A stretch of DNA of 64,000 nt, taken from NCBI GenBank assembly GCA_963789265.1, contig CAWBKB010000007.1, positions 32,001 to 96,000 on the forward strand. The letters are read 5' to 3'. The position numbers were made by a program, and so were the translations under genes. The notes under the pieces are model-generated. The model saw nothing but the letters and a program-made list of their open reading frames with translations. It had not been told where the DNA came from and made no database searches. Origin of the DNA: an uncultured delta proteobacterium (GTDB taxonomy: Bacteria; Desulfobacterota; Desulfomonilia; Desulfomonilales; Desulfomonilaceae). Shown here piece after piece: positions 19,321 through 29,441 of this stretch; the first letter of the stretch is position 1; each line of letters starts with the position of its first letter.

Positions 19321-21354
19321 ATGTGTTTACCCCGAGCGATTCTCCCTGTCATCCTTGTCGGTGTATTCTTTGCCCTATCTTTTGCCGTTCATCGACCCGC
19401 ACTCACGGCTCCCATGCAATACGATTCGGCTGCCGCTATTAAAGCGAATGAATACCTCTTCAACTTTGGCATGCTGGAAGCCATCAAGATCTTTCGGCAG
19501 CGCCCTATCCCGATGATCACATTCTACCTCAACTATCTCGCGGACGGACTGAACCCTTATTATTTCCGCGTGGTCAACGCGCTCTTCATGGCCTGCGCCG
19601 CCGGTGCAGCAGTGTTGGCACTGATGTACCTGCTGGAGATCTCCGGTATTAACGTTAGTGGAAACCGAAGCCGGATTAGAACGGTAAGCATCTGCCTGGG
19701 CTTGGCTTTCGTGCTCCACCCCGTAACTACATACTTGGTCGTCTATGTCTGGCAACGCATGGCGTTACTGTCTGCGTTGTTCTTTTTTGTTGCTTTGGCT
19801 GCGTACCTCGCGACCAGAATCGGCAGAATGCGAAATACCGCGCTGGGGTATGCCATCTGCGTAGCTATGTTTTTCCTGGCTATGGCAAGCAAAGAAAGCG
19901 CGATTACGCTTCCCGCGATCCTGTTATTGGTAGAATTCACTTTCTTTGACGAAAGCCTCCGGGATCTGCTCAAACGCTCGGCGATTTTTGGTTGCGTGGC
20001 CTTGATAGCGATCCTGGCCTTGTCGTTTCTCGAGCGACCCCACGGCCAAATCGCAAGCCAAGCGGGTCTTCTTGCCACGATCGGCCGCTACTACAAAGAA
20101 GGAGGGGTGACGCTGGCGCAGGTGGCGATGGGCCAATGTGTCGTGTTTTTCGAGTATCTCAAAATGGCGTTCCTGCCCATGCCTTCAAATGTTCACCTGA
20201 TAAATCCGCAGATTGTCCCCACCTCGATAATCGATCCGCCGGCCACGGCAGCGGCAGTGGCCGGTGTGGCTGTGATCGTTGTTTCGAGCATCTACCTCCT
20301 CAAGCGGCGGCCGTTGATAGGATTCGGAACGCTGTTCTTTATCATCAACCTGTTGCCCGAAGCCTTTTTGGTTCCTCAATACCTCTTCTTCGGATATCGG
20401 ATATTTGTATCAATGTTCGGCTTATTATTGATCGTGGCTGACGGCATTTTGTGCCTGCTCGACCTCGTCAAAGGCGAAAAAGGGAAGCTACTAGTGAAGG
20501 TGGGCCTTTCCTGCGCGTTCGCGGTCACGATACTCCTGTCGGCTCATACCACTGTTACCAAAGATGCGTTATGGATGAGTCAAATTGCTTTCTGGAACGA
20601 TGTCCGAAACAGGTTACCGAACGACCGACGAGTGGAGAAACACGTCAAGATTCAAACGTTGGACAATCTCGGAAATTATCTTAGGACTTCCGGCCGGACC
20701 GACCGCGCGCTGGCGCTCCATCAGGAGGCGCTGCGCACAGACAAAGGCTTCGGATACACCTATCTCGCGCTGGCCTGGGATTACGCTCAGTCCGGCCGGC
20801 TGGATGATGCAGCCGGCGCTTACAAAGAACTTCTACGCATGGACAAGAATAATGCGGCTGCCCACGCCGGGCTTGCCGATGTGTTGCTGAAACAAAACAG
20901 GCTCGATAAGGCCCTCCAATACTTCAAGGAGGCTTTAAAACTTAAGCCTCGCAACCCGGATTACATCTATGGCATTGCGACAGTTTGGCTTGAGAAAAAG
21001 GACACCGTTGCCGCATTGCCTTATTTGCAGCGCACGATCGTCTCGAATCCCGGACACGTGGAGGCGCAATACGATATCGGAAAGATCCTGATGGATGCCG
21101 GCATGATTTCGGAGGCGATTGATCATTTCAACGCGGCGTTGGCTGCAAATCCGAAATTCTGGATGGCCCACAACAATCTTGGTGTAATCTTAGCGAGGAT
21201 GGGCAGGTTGCCTGAAGCAATAGACCATTTTTACAAGGCCCTCAAGATCAACCCCGGCGACGAACCGACACGCAAGAACCTCGAAACCGCTTTAGCATCG
21301 CTGAGAGCAACTGGACGAACCGAAGGGGGCATGAGGAAGGGTTCCGGGCAGTAG
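19321..21354 (+). CDS. TMTC-like GT-C + TPR protein, divergent from the pilin gene
   Basis: QYDS, HPVTTYLVVYVWQRM, ASKESAITLP, GYRIF, TPRs. Confidence 0.85.
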   Translation: MCLPRAILPVILVGVFFALSFAVHRPALTAPMQYDSAAAIKANEYLFNFGMLEAIKIFRQRPIPMITFYLNYLADGLNPYYFRVVNALFMACAAGAAVLALMYLLEISGINVSGNRSRIRTVSICLGLAFVLHPVTTYLVVYVWQRMALLSALFFFVALAAYLATRIGRMRNTALGYAICVAMFFLAMASKESAITLPAILLLVEFTFFDESLRDLLKRSAIFGCVALIAILALSFLERPHGQIASQAGLLATIGRYYKEGGVTLAQVAMGQCVVFFEYLKMAFLPMPSNVHLINPQIVPTSIIDPPATAAAVAGVAVIVVSSIYLLKRRPLIGFGTLFFIINLLPEAFLVPQYLFFGYRIFVSMFGLLLIVADGILCLLDLVKGEKGKLLVKVGLSCAFAVTILLSAHTTVTKDALWMSQIAFWNDVRNRLPNDRRVEKHVKIQTLDNLGNYLRTSGRTDRALALHQEALRTDKGFGYTYLALAWDYAQSGRLDDAAGAYKELLRMDKNNAAAHAGLADVLLKQNRLDKALQYFKEALKLKPRNPDYIYGIATVWLEKKDTVAALPYLQRTIVSNPGHVEAQYDIGKILMDAGMISEAIDHFNAALAANPKFWMAHNNLGVILARMGRLPEAIDHFYKALKINPGDEPTRKNLETALASLRATGRTEGGMRKGSGQ

Positions 21355-21645
21355 GGGCAGTCCCGCGATGCACGGGATTTTGTCTGCCCTATTCCGGGCA
21401 CCCACGAGGGGCGCCCCTACAGTGGATTCCCACGTACGCGGGAATGACGGCTGACCGGCAAGATGCCGGTCCCACTAAAGTAGGTTGGGCCATGCCCGAC
21501 TCAATATGCCGGCCACGGGCCGCCCTACCAAAACTTGATAAGAAATAGTGGGGCAGGCATCCTGCCTGCCTAAGTGACAGGCAGGATGCCTGTCCCACCG
21601 GGAATATCCCCAGGATTTGCCAGTGGGATGGGCATCCTGCCCGTC
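21351..21645. repeat. Dense REP cluster between convergent genes
   Basis: GGGCACCCACGAGGGGCGCCCCTAC (identical to the copy near 18799), GGATTCCCACGTACGCGGGAATGACG, and several GTGGG..GGCATCCTGCC..GTC copies. Confidence 0.8.
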
Positions 21646-21704
21646 ATTCTTCTATGAATTATTGGTGCCGCTTTCTTAACGGGACTAACATTCTGCAACG
21701 TTGG

Positions 21705-22685
21705 TCATTCAGACAGCAACTCCTTGAGTTCCTTGTTGAACTCAGGCACGACCTTGAATAAGTCCCCAACTATGCCGTAATCGGCCTTGGTAAAAATGGG
21801 GGCTTCGGTGTCTTTGTTAATAGCAACGATAACCTTTGACGATCCCATGCCGGCCAAATGCTGGATAGAACCGGAAATGCCGCACGCAATGTAAAGATTT
21901 GGAGTCACAGTCTTTCCGGTTTGGCCCACCTGGTCCGAATGCGGCCTCCATCCTGCGTCCACTGAAGCTCTGGAAGCCCCGACAGTGGCTCTCGAACCAA
22001 AAATGGCAGCCATCTCCTCTAGAAGAGAGTAGTCCGGACCTCCCATTCCTCGGCCGCCTGACACTATGATTTCCGCCTCGGTAAGATCTACCTTACCGCT
22101 GGTATCGAGGTTGAGATCCTTGGTTGCGTAGGTCGGACGGCTTGTGTCCGGACTGAATGAGACCTTTTCGATCGTGCCTTCTCTGGGATTTTCCGTAAGT
22201 TCAAGCACGTTCGGTCTTGCTGAAGCAATCTGCGGCGATTTACTTGCGGTCCAATGCGCGTAGCACTTTCCCGCGTACATCGGCCGCTTACCGACGAGTG
22301 TTGACCCTTCGAGTTCAAATAATACGCAATCTGCAATCGCGGCTACACCGAGCTTGGCAGCAGTCCGCGGTGCCAGGTCTTTACCCTGCATGGAATGGCT
22401 GATCAAAACTATGTCAGGCTTTTTCTCCCCGATGAGATGAGCCAGGGCCTGGGCATAGTACTCTGAATTATAGGTGTCCAATTGTGGAGACTCGACAACA
22501 TAAACAGTTTCCACACCGTACTTTGCCAGGTTGGGAACAAATTGCTCAGCTTGCGAACCCATGAGGACCGCAGATAGAGCCCCTCCAAGTTTGTCGGCCA
22601 GCCTGCGTCCCTCACTGGCCAGTTCGAATGCGGTCTTCTTTATCTTACCTGCTTTAATCTCTCCGTATATCATGATGTTGGACAT
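21705..22685 (-). CDS. etfA: Electron transfer flavoprotein alpha subunit
   Basis: IIVSGGRG, QVGQTGK, YIACGISGSIQHLAGM. Confidence 0.96.
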   Translation of the reverse strand: MSNIMIYGEIKAGKIKKTAFELASEGRRLADKLGGALSAVLMGSQAEQFVPNLAKYGVETVYVVESPQLDTYNSEYYAQALAHLIGEKKPDIVLISHSMQGKDLAPRTAAKLGVAAIADCVLFELEGSTLVGKRPMYAGKCYAHWTASKSPQIASARPNVLELTENPREGTIEKVSFSPDTSRPTYATKDLNLDTSGKVDLTEAEIIVSGGRGMGGPDYSLLEEMAAIFGSRATVGASRASVDAGWRPHSDQVGQTGKTVTPNLYIACGISGSIQHLAGMGSSKVIVAINKDTEAPIFTKADYGIVGDLFKVVPEFNKELKELLSE

Positions 22686-22743
22686 CTGTCATTTCCCCTC
22701 TACTTACGAAAGTCATATCAAAGGCTTATCCAAGCCGGATCCG

Positions 22744-23523
22744 TCAGATAACCTTGGCCTCGTTACGGAGCGCCTGGACAACCAGCTTGGCGGCATCAGC
22801 AGGCTCCGTGCCTTCCAATTTCTTGCCGGCCTGCCGCTCCGGAGGCATGGTGTAATTCTTAGCCTGCAGCCTGGCTTCCACGTTGAGACCAAGATCCGCC
22901 GAAGTCTTTTTGTCAATAGGCTTCTTTTTTGCCTTCATGATTCCGGGCAGCGATGCGTACCGGGGCTCGTTAAGGCCTTTCTGGGATGTGAGCACGCAGG
23001 GCAATGGGACTTCTACTGTTTCTTTTCCGCCCTCCACGTCTCTTTCCACTGTGGCGGTCTTTTTGTCTTCCGAGACTTCGACCTTGGTCACCAAAGTGAC
23101 CTGTGGGAGCTGCAGAAATTCAGCAACCATTGCACCGGCCTCTCCGGAATCGTCGTCGATGGCGCGTTGGCCGCAGAAAATGACGTCATACTCGATCTGT
23201 TTCGCTGCGGCTGCCAACGCTTCGGCCATTACATAAGGATCGGCCTCGTTTAGGCGCTCGTCATTGATATGGAATGCCCGATCCGCGCCCATCGCCAGTG
23301 CAGTGCGAATCGCTTCAGTTGCACGATCCGGTCCGACGGTGAGTATCACCACTTCCCCTGCCTTGAATTTTTCTTTGAGCCTAAGGGCCTCTTCTACACT
23401 AAACTCGTCGTAAGGATTGATGATGTACTTTATTCCATCGGTCACAATGCCGGACCCGTCCGGTTTTACCTTAATCTGTGTTTCCGTGTCAGGGACTTGT
23501 TTTAGACACACCAGTGACTTCAC
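22744..23523 (-). CDS. etfB: Electron transfer flavoprotein beta subunit
   Basis: VCLKQVPDT, INPYDEFSVEEAL, NEPRYASLPGIMKAKKK. Confidence 0.96.
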   Translation of the reverse strand: MKSLVCLKQVPDTETQIKVKPDGSGIVTDGIKYIINPYDEFSVEEALRLKEKFKAGEVVILTVGPDRATEAIRTALAMGADRAFHINDERLNEADPYVMAEALAAAAKQIEYDVIFCGQRAIDDDSGEAGAMVAEFLQLPQVTLVTKVEVSEDKKTATVERDVEGGKETVEVPLPCVLTSQKGLNEPRYASLPGIMKAKKKPIDKKTSADLGLNVEARLQAKNYTMPPERQAGKKLEGTEPADAAKLVVQALRNEAKVI

Positions 23524-23732
23524 TGATAATCCTCCTTTCCATAATCGACTCTCATGAGTTCGCCGATAGTTTCTTTGGGCTGTGCAAGGACAATATGATC
23601 AGACTGAAAACGAACCGCTCCTGGACTTTGCTTCCCCCTGCAAAGGAGATGTCAAGCCAATTTCCAGGAGAATCGTCAAAGCTTACTGGGCGTTGACACA
23701 GGAGTCAAGGGAAAATTCTCGCAGTACGTAGC

Positions 23733-24223
23733 ATTCACTTAGCCACGGGAAATGATTGCCATTGCGAGCGAAGCGAAGCAATCTCACAGGCTTATAAAAA
23801 CGGTACTGGAGATTGCTTCGTCGCTTCGCTTCTGGTAATCCCATGAACATGCGTCGACAATACTACGTCTATATTCTCACCAATCGCAGTAACACGGTTC
23901 TGTACACCGGAGTGACCAGCGACCTCAAGAGACGCGTTTGGCAGCACCGAGAGAAGCTGGTGCCAGGCTTTACTGAGCGGTACAACGTTTACAAACTAGT
24001 GTTCCACGAGGTCACGGATGACGTGTACGTGGCCATTGCCCGGGAAAAACAGATAGAGGCGGTTTCTCGCCAGAAGAAAAACGATCTTATCGAAGCCACG
24101 AATCCCGAATGGCGAGATCTATACGAATACCTGTAGGAAATCACCCTGAGCGAGACAAGAGATTGCTTCGTCGCTTCGCTCCTCGCAATGACAAAGGGCG
24201 GAAGAGCCCCTACCTAAGTGAAT
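23733..24223. mobile_element. Repeat-bounded GIY-YIG cassette
   Basis: Outer IR ATTCACTTAG/CTAAGTGAAT; palindromic arms at 23757-23785, 23809-23830 and 24159-24193. Confidence 0.65.
23843..24136 (+). CDS. Small stand-alone GIY-YIG nuclease
   Basis: YYVYIL..VLYTGVT.DLKRR..H..FT.RY..AIAREKQI..NPEWRDL. Confidence 0.92.
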   Translation: MNMRRQYYVYILTNRSNTVLYTGVTSDLKRRVWQHREKLVPGFTERYNVYKLVFHEVTDDVYVAIAREKQIEAVSRQKKNDLIEATNPEWRDLYEYL

Positions 24224-24249
24224 CGGTACGGCAGTAACTGCAAAGCGAG

Positions 24250-25575
24250 TCAATGGAAAATCACGGATGCGAAGCTAACAAAGGAATTGTGCGCATCTAC
24301 GCGGGCGTAGTCCAGGGCCAGGCGACGCCCTTCAGATGCATCCATGCAATGAAGCATGGCCGTGATCGGAGAGAAGCCGCATATACGCCTGGAGTCATTC
24401 CCGCGAGCCACCTGCTCGATAAATCCCTTCATGTCTACCTTTTCGACGGATGAAAGTAGTTGTTCATCCTTTTCAAGGCACTCCGCGATGGTGCCCCGAT
24501 GCGGAATGAATGAATCACCGTAACGCGGGCCGATATGATCCAGATCGGCGCTGGCAATAAAACAGACGGATCGAGAACTTCGCCGACAAACGTCTTTCAG
24601 GGCAAGACAGAATTTGTCGGCTGCCTGTCTTTGGCTCAGGAAGCGGCCGTCATTACCAAAAAAGTGATGAGACAAAGAACATAGAATAGGAACAATCATG
24701 AATGGATGTCGCCCGCCGAAAAGAAATTGAAGGAAGATTGCCTGGAACTCTATCACGTGCTCGGTAGCGTGCAGGATCTCTTCGGACGCGGCATCCCGCC
24801 CTAACTCGGAAGATAGCTCGCTGAGAAGCTCTCTGTCTGTGGGCACTGTTCCGAGAGGTGTTTCGAAATCATGTGTGGTAGCGGTGAACAGTCCATCAAC
24901 CCCTCCGTGGCCGGTGCCCAGTATCACGTAAACATCCGATGGTTGGCCTGTTGCCAAAGCATGATAAGCCGCGGCAAAACACCGCCCGCCGGCCCGTATG
25001 TCGATGTGTGGCGCGATCAATCCCACAGGCCGCCGTTGATCTGAAAAGAATTCAGGCAGTCCCGGCCCACTGTCTCCTGTAAAGTAACCGGACAGTTCAT
25101 CTCGCAAGGTCTCAGGATCTGCACTGTAACTTGTTCCGGCATGTGATGCCGGTCTCGATGGCTTTCTGCGATACTCGGAGACTTTGTTTTCGAACGCTTG
25201 CCTGAACCGCGCGCCTTCGAGCAGGAACGCGTCATCTAGTCTTTCAAGAATACACTGCAAGTCGTCAAGAAAAACGATCCGCCCTTGTCTTCGACTGAGC
25301 TCGACCTGAATATCGCGAAGGGAGTGCCGTCCGTCAAACATAGCCACCACCGGAACGGCTTCCGTGCCAATGCACACCGTCTCCTCTCTGAGTTGGAGAG
25401 GATCTTTCAGCCCGATTACGGGTCTATCTTCCACAACCAAATGAATGATGTCCAGATTGCGAAGTTTCGGCTTGTACTCAGGATCGGTTGGATTGGTCAA
25501 TTGTTGTACCTGGGAGATTATTGGTGGGACAGACGGGCAAGATGCCCGTACCCACTGCAAGATGCCCGTCGCCAC
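24250..25575 (-). CDS. amrB: AmmeMemoRadiSam system protein B (MEMO1 family) with extra N-terminal domain; true start probably near 25500
   Basis: HAGTSY, APHID, EHVIE, SADLDHIG, ICG motifs; the first ~20 codons overlap a REP. Confidence 0.85.
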   Translation of the reverse strand: MATGILQWVRASCPSVPPIISQVQQLTNPTDPEYKPKLRNLDIIHLVVEDRPVIGLKDPLQLREETVCIGTEAVPVVAMFDGRHSLRDIQVELSRRQGRIVFLDDLQCILERLDDAFLLEGARFRQAFENKVSEYRRKPSRPASHAGTSYSADPETLRDELSGYFTGDSGPGLPEFFSDQRRPVGLIAPHIDIRAGGRCFAAAYHALATGQPSDVYVILGTGHGGVDGLFTATTHDFETPLGTVPTDRELLSELSSELGRDAASEEILHATEHVIEFQAIFLQFLFGGRHPFMIVPILCSLSHHFFGNDGRFLSQRQAADKFCLALKDVCRRSSRSVCFIASADLDHIGPRYGDSFIPHRGTIAECLEKDEQLLSSVEKVDMKGFIEQVARGNDSRRICGFSPITAMLHCMDASEGRRLALDYARVDAHNSFVSFASVIFH

Positions 25576-25660
25576 TGCAAGATGACCACCCCACTAAACC
25601 TGGATGTGCATAAGTCGTGCACATGGGTATCCGTCGAGACTTTCGCAAACCAGGATAGAT

Positions 25661-27439
25661 TTATCCTTCGATGAAGGGCCGCAACCGTTTGCTACGTGAC
25701 GGATGACGCAACTTCTTGAGCGCTTTGGCTTCAATTTGACGGATTCGTTCGCGGGTGACGTCGAAATCTTGACCAACTTCCTCGAGAGTGTGGTCAGCCC
25801 GTTCGCCGATGCCGAAGCGCATCCGTAGGACCTTTTCTTCTCTTGGTGTTAAGGTGGCGAGAACCTTTCGAGTTTGTTCGGTGAGGCTCATTCCTACGAC
25901 AGCGTCCGAAGGCGAAAGAATTTTTTTGTCTTCAATGAAGTCGCCGAGATGGGAATCCTCCTCTTCTCCTATGGGTGTTTCCAAAGAGATCGGCTCTTTG
26001 GCGATCTTAAGCACCTTGCGCACTTTTTCGAGAGGGAACTCCATTTTTTCGGCAATCTCTTCAGGCGTGGGTTCACGGCCGTATTCTTGAACCAAGTACC
26101 TCGAAGTTCGAATAAGTTTGTTAATGGTTTCGATCATGTGTACGGGGATACGGATGGTCCTTGCCTGGTCTGCTATAGCCCTTGTGATTGCCTGGCGAAT
26201 CCACCACGTGGCGTACGTGCTGAACTTGTACCCGCGCTGATACTCGAATTTATCTACAGCCTTCATCAGGCCGATGTTCCCTTCCTGAATAAGGTCAAGG
26301 AATTGCAGACCACGGTTGGTGTACTTTTTCGCTATGCTGACGACCAGACGTAAATTAGCCTGGACCAGTTCACTCTTGGCCCTGCGGGCCAGATACTCGC
26401 CCTCTTCGCATAATGTCAGAGCGGATTTCAGATTAGCTTCGTCCATTCCCGCATCGGCCTGAAGCTTTTGTATCTTTCGCACCCCGCTTTCAAGCTTCCG
26501 GTCCAGATCCAGGATCTTCTGCGGGGATAGGTTAGTGTATTTCTTAAGAGACTTCCCTTCTTCCGCAAGGCCCTTGAGAAGAGCTAGCTGCTCCTGAGCT
26601 CTTTCAGCCGGCATTTTCAGCTCGTACTCCACTCCGCGCAACTCGTCTCGGGTAGCTTCCAGCTTCTGAACCAAGAACTTAAGTTTGCCTGCTATGTGCT
26701 CAATCATGTTTGCATTGAGGTTCATGTTCTTCAGGCATGTCACAACCTGTTCCCGGCAGGATGCCAAGTCCGGTTCGAGCTGTTCGAGACCTTGCCGGTC
26801 CGCATTGGATATCAACTGATTGCGTTTCTCTTCAAGAGCATGATACTTGCCATCGAACTCCTTCATTTCCTCGATGAGCTTAAGGACCTTCTCCACGTGG
26901 GATGAGTCGTCTCCGTCGGGCATCTCTTCTTCTTCGAAGCCTCGAATCACTTCCTTGAGGCGAATAGTCCCTTTTTGCAACTTGTCACCAAGCGCCAATA
27001 CCTCTTTGATTGTCACCGGGCAGCCGATGATAACGCTGAATACTTGCTGCTCTCCCTGCTCGATTCTCTTGGCGATCTCAACTTCACCTTCCCGAGTGAG
27101 AAGAGACACACAGCCCATTTCGTGGAGGTACATCTTGACAGGGTCATTGCCTCGAGCGACGGCCTCAGGATCCGGAGCGAGTTCTTCTTCTTCGTCGTCT
27201 TCAGGCTTTTCCTGGTCAAGTTTACGCGATTTCTTTTCAGAGAGAGGAATCTTCTTTTCAGATGCGACCAGCTCGATGTTGTAATCCGCCATCATCTTCA
27301 TAAGAAGCTCGTCTATCTGGGCCGCGCCGACAACAGTAGGAGGCATGAGCTCGTTAATCTCGTCGTAGGTGAGGTATTTCTTGCTTCTGGCCAGATCAAA
27401 AAGATCTTTGAATTCTTGAGTTATCTTGGTGTCAGCCAT
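25661..27439 (-). CDS. rpoD: RNA polymerase primary sigma factor
   Basis: Region 1.1, [46 protein letters not shown]. Confidence 0.98.
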   Translation of the reverse strand: MADTKITQEFKDLFDLARSKKYLTYDEINELMPPTVVGAAQIDELLMKMMADYNIELVASEKKIPLSEKKSRKLDQEKPEDDEEEELAPDPEAVARGNDPVKMYLHEMGCVSLLTREGEVEIAKRIEQGEQQVFSVIIGCPVTIKEVLALGDKLQKGTIRLKEVIRGFEEEEMPDGDDSSHVEKVLKLIEEMKEFDGKYHALEEKRNQLISNADRQGLEQLEPDLASCREQVVTCLKNMNLNANMIEHIAGKLKFLVQKLEATRDELRGVEYELKMPAERAQEQLALLKGLAEEGKSLKKYTNLSPQKILDLDRKLESGVRKIQKLQADAGMDEANLKSALTLCEEGEYLARRAKSELVQANLRLVVSIAKKYTNRGLQFLDLIQEGNIGLMKAVDKFEYQRGYKFSTYATWWIRQAITRAIADQARTIRIPVHMIETINKLIRTSRYLVQEYGREPTPEEIAEKMEFPLEKVRKVLKIAKEPISLETPIGEEEDSHLGDFIEDKKILSPSDAVVGMSLTEQTRKVLATLTPREEKVLRMRFGIGERADHTLEEVGQDFDVTRERIRQIEAKALKKLRHPSRSKRLRPFIEG

Positions 27440-27473
27440 TAAGCGATTTCTCCTTGTGCAGATGTTTTGGCGT

Positions 27474-29225
27474 CTATTTGTGCAAACGACGCCCTATGGC
27501 CAGGAGTTCCCTCGCGAGGAGGTTATATTCCTCTTCACCCGGAGGGCACTGCTTCATTCTCTCTTTGATCTCCGCCTTGCGCGTCTCAAGTTTCCGCAGC
27601 CGAATGCTGTCCAAGGAATGATCTATAACGCGGCCGCCATCGACCTCAGGTCTAAGGTCGTCTTCTTCATCTCTAGGTTTGAGCCAGCCTGCCACTATGG
27701 AAGCTAGATCTTCATCTTCCAGTGAACCGGCAAACGAAACTGGATCTACATTCCCTGCCTTTTCCGCAAATCTGACCATCCTCTCTGCCAAGTCCTTCAG
27801 CAACGGATCTTCAATATCCTTCAAAACTCCGCTTTCCAGGACCCGATCTATGAAGCCCTCCCGAAACAACATGCCTCGGACTACGTTTCTCTCGTCGGCA
27901 GGAAAATCAAATAAACTTTTCTGCGACTTCGCAGGTGATTTCCGCCTGCTTTGAAGGCCGGAACGCAGAGTCCGACGAAGTCTATCTTCGCGAACGCGGA
28001 TACGCGAGGAAAATCTCTCTATAAGATAATCCCCTTCTTTGGAATCGGCAATCTCTCGAAGCACGGGCAGACATTCCTCAATAGCCAAATTTCTGCCCCG
28101 CACAGTACTTACATCATGGTGAGCCGTCACACTGTCCAGGAGAAAATCGATCATTGGCCGCGCAGTTTCCAGCAATCGTCGAAAAGCGATGATGCCGAGC
28201 CTGTTCACTGCTTCGTCGGGATCTTTATCCTCATTTAGAATCAAACAAAGCGGTTCCAGCCCTTCTGCCAAAAACAGGGGGATCGATCTCTTTACAGCTC
28301 GCAAGCCCGCTTCATCACCATCAAAGACGGTTATCACTTCCGTGGAGAAACGTTTGAGGAGTCTTATCTGCTCGTTTCCCAGCGCGGTGCCGAGCGGGGC
28401 CACGGTATTCTCCAGGCCCCTAATTCGTAGCGCTATCTGATCGAAGTAGCCCTCGACAAGTATCGCGAAACCTTCTCTCCGAATCGCTTCCCGAGCTGTG
28501 TCGAGACCATAGAGGACACCTTTTTTCCTAAAGATCGCCGATTCCGGCGAATTCAGGTACTTGGGGTCGCCTTCCCCGTAAATCCGCCCTCCGAAGGCTA
28601 CAAGATTGCTGCTGAGATCGCGTATTGGGATTGTCACTCGCGAGCGAAAGTAGTCGTAATAACCTCCGCTGGATCGCGGTCTTATCAGACCTGCCGATAC
28701 TGCGTCCCTCAAGTCGACGCTCGCGGCTCGAAGACAACCTTGAATCCCTTCCCACGAGTCAGGAGCAAAACCCAAACCCAATCGGTCAAGCCATTGAGCC
28801 GGCACACCTCGGTTGGTCAGGTAATCTTTGGCAGATTCATTTGCACCCAAATTATTAGCAAAGTATTCCTGTGCTGCTTCCAGTGCTTTTACCAGGCGGG
28901 CTCGCTCGCCACCGGAACCCTTGCCGTGCGTCTCCAGTTGGAAGGGGACTCCGTAACGCCGTGCCAGAAGCTGCACAGCTTCAGCGAACGGGATGCTTTC
29001 GATCTTCATAATGAAGTTGAAGACACTACCACCGGTTGCACATCCGAAACAGTAGAAAATGCCTTTGTGCGGCGAGACATAGAATGAGGGGTCTTTATCA
29101 CCGTGAAAGGGGCAAAGGCCCCGGTAATCTTTCCCGGCCTTTTTCAGGTCCACGTAACCCGAGATAACTTGGACAATGTCTGCGGCAGCCGCAATTTCAG
29201 CAATTTTGGATTCCGATATGCGCAT
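27474..29225 (-). CDS. dnaG: DNA primase
   Basis: CHC2 zinc finger [31 protein letters not shown]. Confidence 0.98.
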   Translation of the reverse strand: MRISESKIAEIAAAADIVQVISGYVDLKKAGKDYRGLCPFHGDKDPSFYVSPHKGIFYCFGCATGGSVFNFIMKIESIPFAEAVQLLARRYGVPFQLETHGKGSGGERARLVKALEAAQEYFANNLGANESAKDYLTNRGVPAQWLDRLGLGFAPDSWEGIQGCLRAASVDLRDAVSAGLIRPRSSGGYYDYFRSRVTIPIRDLSSNLVAFGGRIYGEGDPKYLNSPESAIFRKKGVLYGLDTAREAIRREGFAILVEGYFDQIALRIRGLENTVAPLGTALGNEQIRLLKRFSTEVITVFDGDEAGLRAVKRSIPLFLAEGLEPLCLILNEDKDPDEAVNRLGIIAFRRLLETARPMIDFLLDSVTAHHDVSTVRGRNLAIEECLPVLREIADSKEGDYLIERFSSRIRVREDRLRRTLRSGLQSRRKSPAKSQKSLFDFPADERNVVRGMLFREGFIDRVLESGVLKDIEDPLLKDLAERMVRFAEKAGNVDPVSFAGSLEDEDLASIVAGWLKPRDEEDDLRPEVDGGRVIDHSLDSIRLRKLETRKAEIKERMKQCPPGEEEYNLLARELLAIGRRLHK

Positions 29226-29441
29226 AGGATTATTTCAGCCCTTTATCCCACGGTTGATATGTTGCGTTTTTGCCGCTTACCTTTCGCAAAACCACATCTT
29301 TGCATAGCCTGCCTGTACATCAACTTAGCCAATGGCGGGCTGGAAAGCCCGTCCCACACATGTAATAACACTTGGCAGGCTAGAAAGCCCGCCCTGCGCA
29401 GGCTGAATGCTTACTGTAACGTGCCGTCAACGATCCGGCGG

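Noticed and set aside
18760..21650. Clustered short repeats as a CRISPR array
   Set aside because: The repeats are heterogeneous inverted hairpins with no constant repeat-spacer period, and no cas genes are present
22531..23253. Long + strand ORFs overlapping etfAB, and similar ORFs opposite rpoD, mutS2 and the acyl-CoA dehydrogenase
   Set aside because: Antisense shadows of well-conserved genes with no independent motifs
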